A DNA stretch of 64,000 bases from Eledone cirrhosa (lineage: Eukaryota): the NCBI GenBank assembly GCA_964016885.1, contig OZ024742.1, positions 106,082,001-106,146,000 on the forward strand. Direction: 5' to 3'. Positions 59,855 through 64,000 of this stretch are shown here, in pieces. The position numbers and the translations under genes were made by a program. The notes beneath the pieces are model-generated. The model saw only the letters and a program-made list of their open reading frames with translations. It was not told the DNA's origin and ran no database searches. Positions within the stretch are counted from its first letter, which is position 1; every line of letters begins with the position of its first letter.

Positions 59855-62800
59855 ATGACCTCACTCAGAATAGGCAGCATAAATGCGCGTGGCTTGGGGT
59901 CGTCATGGAAGCAGGGTCACCTGCTCAACGACCTCAGGTCACTAAACATAGATGTAGTGGCCATCAGCGAGACCAGAATCTCCGAAGCACGGGCCTTCGC
60001 ACCGATCTTCGGCGGCTACGATGTGTACGCATCTCCCAGCCGTCCTGGATCGGGTGGAGGAGTTGCTGTGCTTTTTCGGAGAGGTTTGGATCTCGCCATA
60101 CGGGCCATCTTCCTGGACCCAGAGGGTAAGCTGGTGGTGCTGGACGTGACCAGCGGAGACGGGCAAGCTTTCAGGCTAGTGGCCGTCTATGCCCCGACAG
60201 GAGCAGGGCGGCCTGATTTCTTCCGGCGTCTGGAGACCTTTCTTGGAACGTCGCGCTCTTTAGTGTTAGTGGGCGACTGGAACGGGATCTTAGATGCACG
60301 CTGGGACTGTGTGGGATTAGCGGATAGGGGTGGAGGGTGCAAGAGCCTCACCAACCTGCTCAGGCGTTTTGAACTGTCTGACAGGTACCGATTGGATTTC
60401 CCGAATGTGCCAATGTGGACTTGGACAAACCGCATAGGGTCATCCAGATCATATCTAGATAGAGTATTTTGTAGGGAAATAGATAGGTCTAGCATAGGCT
60501 GTCCACAATTCAAGATAGTCAGCTACACGGACCACAAATTCGTGATCTGTGTGCTTGACTTAGATAGGCTTCATAGACGAGGACCCGGCTACTGGAAGCT
60601 AAACGCGTCCTTACCAGCGCGCAAGGCCTACAGAGACCGGATTAGCGAACTAGTTAAGCGGGCGTTGACGGGGGCCATCGTCAACAACAAGTGGTGGTTT
60701 GCTCTGAAAAGAGCGATTAGAATAGAATCGATTAGGTTTAGTAAGGCTTTAACAATAGAGAAAAATAGAGCAGAGGGAGAACTAGTTAGAAAATTAGACG
60801 AGGCGCTTAGCAAAGGCATTGCGACCGACGTGCTTGCGGCGAAATTGGCCCTTGACCAATTCTTCAATGCAAAGCACGAAGGCTGCGTTGTCAGAGCTAG
60901 GGTGCGTGCTCTCAGACACGAGGGGACGAAAGCCGTTCAATGGGCCCGAGTGGCGGAGGCGCGTCGTGGCAACAAAGCCACGATCCGGTCTTTGGTGGAC
61001 CACGACGGGCGCATGCTACTCGATCCCGGGCAAATGTGTGAAGCTTTTCAGCGACACTTCGCTCAGCTGTTCGGGGGCAGCGGGGGGCCGGGTAGAGGGA
61101 TGGACTTTAGTGTCTACCTCGACGGACTGCCGCGGCTCTCGGCCACTGAGGCGAAGTGTTGCGAAAAGCCGATAACAGCCGCTGAAGTAAGGGAGGCAAT
61201 GACTGGCTGCACAAGGGGTAAATCGCCTGGTTTGGATGGTCTGCCCTATGAACTTTACGTACAGATGCCAGACTTGTTCGGAGGCCTCTTGGCGGACGTC
61301 TACTGCAACTGGCAACAGAACGGGAGAATTCCCAGTTCTGTGAGCCGAGGAGCGGTGGCACTGCTGAGAAAGGATCCGAACAAGGGGGATAGCATAGACA
61401 ATTTCCGGCCCATAACTCTGCTAAACACAGAGTTTAAGATTTTGGCCAAGGTGCTAGCAAAGAGGTTGGCGCTTGTCGTTGGTGGTCTGGTGGGAGAGGC
61501 GCAGACATGCGCCATTCCCGACAGATCCATCCACGACAACCTCCACCTCATGCGATACATCGTAGAGAGGGTAGCTAGGGAACCTGGCACGGGTGGGTCC
61601 TTGATCAATTTAGATCAGTCGAAAGCTTTCGATAGGGTCGACCATCGTTACCTAGCGGCAGTCCTGAGGGCGGCTGGCTTTGGGCCCGTCTTCAGAGGCT
61701 GGATCGCTGCCATGCACAGCGACATCTGCTCTGTGGTGAGAGTGAACGGTCACCTGTCGGAACCGTTCAACATCATGCGCTCGGTCCGCCAAGGATGTCC
61801 CCTCTCGTCCCTCTTGTACGTATTGACTCTCGAGCCATTACTGCACAAACTGGAGACGTTGAGGGGAGTCCCGCGCGAACTAGGATGCGGAAGATCCGTG
61901 TCAGCATATGCGGACGATGTCACCGTAGTGGTGTCGAACGCCAAACACATCGAGGCGATCGGCACTACACTAAGAGAATACGAAGCGGTGACAGGAGCAA
62001 TGATCAACCAGGAAAAGTCAGTGGGCCTGCAGCTCGGCACCTGGAGAGGCAGGTCCATGCCGTCCAACAGCGTCGTCGGGCGCTGGACGGACGGACCGGT
62101 TAAATTGCTAGGGGTCTGGTTCGGTCCGGACCTCCAGACGGACAAAAACTGGGACGAGGTGACGAGCAGGGTGGCTTCTCTCACCCAGAAATGGGCGGAG
62201 AGGAAGCTATCCCTGAAAGGTCGAGCGGAGGTGGCTAACGCGTACATCGCGTCTGTCATCTGCTACCGCCTAACCGTCGTACCTTGTCCTAAGCCTCGCC
62301 TGACTGCGCTGGAGCGTTTGCTCTTTCGCTTTTTGTGGAAGGGACGTGCTCCGATGGTCAGGCGGTCCATCTGTTGTCAACACCCGCTACGTGGAGGGCT
62401 GGGCATGCCGTGGCTGATGATGCGCAGGCACGCGCTCAGGCTACGACATCTCCACCTCTTCCTCGACGGTGATCAGGTGTGGTCGCCGTTTGCTAGACGC
62501 GTTTTTCCCCAGCTCGTTTCCTTGACGGAGCTGCAGTCCTGGGTCAAGCGAAGACCGAGAGGGAGCGCCTGGAGACTGGAATGTCTTCAGGCGCTCACAG
62601 CCCTCGACCAATCGGGCAATGTGATCGGTGGAAACTCCACCTCGGCGTTCTATAGAGGATTAGTGGAGGGGAAGAGCGACGACGTACTTGGGGAAACTCT
62701 AGGCGTCGACGAAAATCAACTAGCCAATCTCTTCGGAAGAACCTTCGGGCCAGGGCCTATGGACAACTTCCAGAAATCTCTGGCCTGGCAGTGCTACCGA

Positions 62801-63274
62801 GGAGCCTTGCCAGTTCGGGATAAACTCTACAGGCATGGAGGTGCCGTCAGCCGGGCATGTCCGAGATGCGCGCAGGGCGACGAAACCGTCCTGCACGCAC
62901 TCGTCCAGTGTCCGAAAATTGCTGACTTGTGGGTTTATGTCGAACACCTGCTGTCGCGTTTAGGACGGATCCAGCTATCATCTGAGTCTATCGTGAGGAT
63001 TGCCCCGCCCTCCTCCTTTAGCCGGGAAGGGCAGGCAGTTTTTATCTGTCTGGTGGCCATGGCGAAAGAGATAGTATGGTGGACACGTTTGAAAGGGCTG
63101 AAGACGAGCACTTACCTCTTCGGTGATGCTCTGATTGACTTTTTCAAATTTCATTTGAAAAGGAAAATCAGAGTAGAGAAGGAAGTGCTCTCTTCCCAGC
63201 ATTTTGTTGAAAGATGGGTGAGAGAAGCAAGAATGGCCCGAGTGAATGGGCCGACTCTGAGTATATATCTGTAA
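59855..63274 (+). CDS. ORF2 APE-RT, copy 3
   Basis: Intact, with two visible substitutions versus copy 1 (A>T, N>S). Confidence 0.97.
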   Translation: MTSLRIGSINARGLGSSWKQGHLLNDLRSLNIDVVAISETRISEARAFAPIFGGYDVYASPSRPGSGGGVAVLFRRGLDLAIRAIFLDPEGKLVVLDVTSGDGQAFRLVAVYAPTGAGRPDFFRRLETFLGTSRSLVLVGDWNGILDARWDCVGLADRGGGCKSLTNLLRRFELSDRYRLDFPNVPMWTWTNRIGSSRSYLDRVFCREIDRSSIGCPQFKIVSYTDHKFVICVLDLDRLHRRGPGYWKLNASLPARKAYRDRISELVKRALTGAIVNNKWWFALKRAIRIESIRFSKALTIEKNRAEGELVRKLDEALSKGIATDVLAAKLALDQFFNAKHEGCVVRARVRALRHEGTKAVQWARVAEARRGNKATIRSLVDHDGRMLLDPGQMCEAFQRHFAQLFGGSGGPGRGMDFSVYLDGLPRLSATEAKCCEKPITAAEVREAMTGCTRGKSPGLDGLPYELYVQMPDLFGGLLADVYCNWQQNGRIPSSVSRGAVALLRKDPNKGDSIDNFRPITLLNTEFKILAKVLAKRLALVVGGLVGEAQTCAIPDRSIHDNLHLMRYIVERVAREPGTGGSLINLDQSKAFDRVDHRYLAAVLRAAGFGPVFRGWIAAMHSDICSVVRVNGHLSEPFNIMRSVRQGCPLSSLLYVLTLEPLLHKLETLRGVPRELGCGRSVSAYADDVTVVVSNAKHIEAIGTTLREYEAVTGAMINQEKSVGLQLGTWRGRSMPSNSVVGRWTDGPVKLLGVWFGPDLQTDKNWDEVTSRVASLTQKWAERKLSLKGRAEVANAYIASVICYRLTVVPCPKPRLTALERLLFRFLWKGRAPMVRRSICCQHPLRGGLGMPWLMMRRHALRLRHLHLFLDGDQVWSPFARRVFPQLVSLTELQSWVKRRPRGSAWRLECLQALTALDQSGNVIGGNSTSAFYRGLVEGKSDDVLGETLGVDENQLANLFGRTFGPGPMDNFQKSLAWQCYRGALPVRDKLYRHGGAVSRACPRCAQGDETVLHALVQCPKIADLWVYVEHLLSRLGRIQLSSESIVRIAPPSSFSREGQAVFICLVAMAKEIVWWTRLKGLKTSTYLFGDALIDFFKFHLKRKIRVEKEVLSSQHFVERWVREARMARVNGPTLSIYL

Positions 63275-63564
63275 ACTAAAGGTGGAAAACTGGGAGAGGG
63301 CACTTGCCTTGGTGGTCAGGGTCATTGTGGCTTTTTACTGGGCTTTCTCCACAAATGTTCCTCCGAAGTCTCCCCCCTATTGGGGAATTTTTCATTGTTA
63401 TTTTCATTGTTATTTTTGTTACATCCTCTATTTTTGTTTTTTTTACACGCAGAAATGCCCATTTGTACCGTCCTGCATTGTCCTGCACTGTCCTTAATGT
63501 CCACTTTATGTAAACCCTTGTGGTTAATAAAGAAATCATTATTATTATTATTATTATTATTATT

Positions 63565-64000
63565 GAATGCCATGGTTGACGGAGGCTCGGCTCTGTAAGG
63601 TATAGTAATTTTTAACCGTTAAAACAATTGTAAATTGTTTAAAACTTGAACCAAATTGTTGATAAAGACACCCTCCTCCTCGTGAGAGGGGTCTTTCTGT
63701 CCGTTATTTGGCCCTTCGGGGTTAAATAACCAGTTATTGGGGTTTTGTACCCAAAATTTCATTTTAAACAAAAAAACAACATGGCTACGAAAAAGAAATT
63801 TCATACGTCACTCCCACTCATTCCGTCTTCTTCTTCCTCAATCATCACTACAGCAGAGAGAAGATTGTCTCTCTCCCTCCCTTCTTTAAATGTGTCTCTC
63901 TCCCTCCCTTCTCTTTCGCAAGCGACGAAAGAAAAGAAAAGTCTCGTGCAAAGCGTGCAAGGTTTCTCCACGACGACGACGACAGCGACGAAACAGGTGT
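63565..64000 (+). mobile_element. 5' part of Tx1-type LINE copy 4 (variant); ORF1 starts at 63781 and runs off the window
   Basis: Same 5' end after (ATT)9, with variant start MATKKKFHTS and several SNPs. Confidence 0.93.

Larger units (their letters stand above)
57508..63537 (+). mobile_element. Full-length Tx1/L1-type LINE, copy 3
   Basis: Same 5' nucleotide (..TATT|GAATGCC) and same 3' end; inserted in a (TTG)n(TTA)n tract. Confidence 0.97.

Overview
Eukaryotic, AT-rich, microsatellite-saturated intergenic or intronic DNA with no convincing host gene. The SINE types and repeat density suggest an octopus or other cephalopod (inference). Left half (1-35.4 kb): (TA)n/(CA)n/(GA)n tracts, about 20 tRNA-derived SINE copies, two Helitron-type elements, small DNA-transposon relics and a 10-bp minisatellite. 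It also holds many short inserts in (TA)n tracts that carry type I hammerhead ribozyme motifs; three of these, plus one without a readable motif, are near-perfect fold-back hairpins with a one-sided tail, matching Penelope-like element (PLE) ends. Right half (36.4-64 kb): arrays of two unrelated non-LTR retrotransposons sharing the same (TTA)n/(TAA)n microsatellite in opposite orientations. One is a Tx1/L1-type APE element (three intact, near-identical ~6.03-kb copies, the start of a fourth, and older fragments, one with a 5' inversion), always on +. The other is an R4/Dong-type RLE element, always on -. Most short ORFs in the supplied track are microsatellite or antisense artefacts. Coordinates were read by eye and may be off by a few bases.
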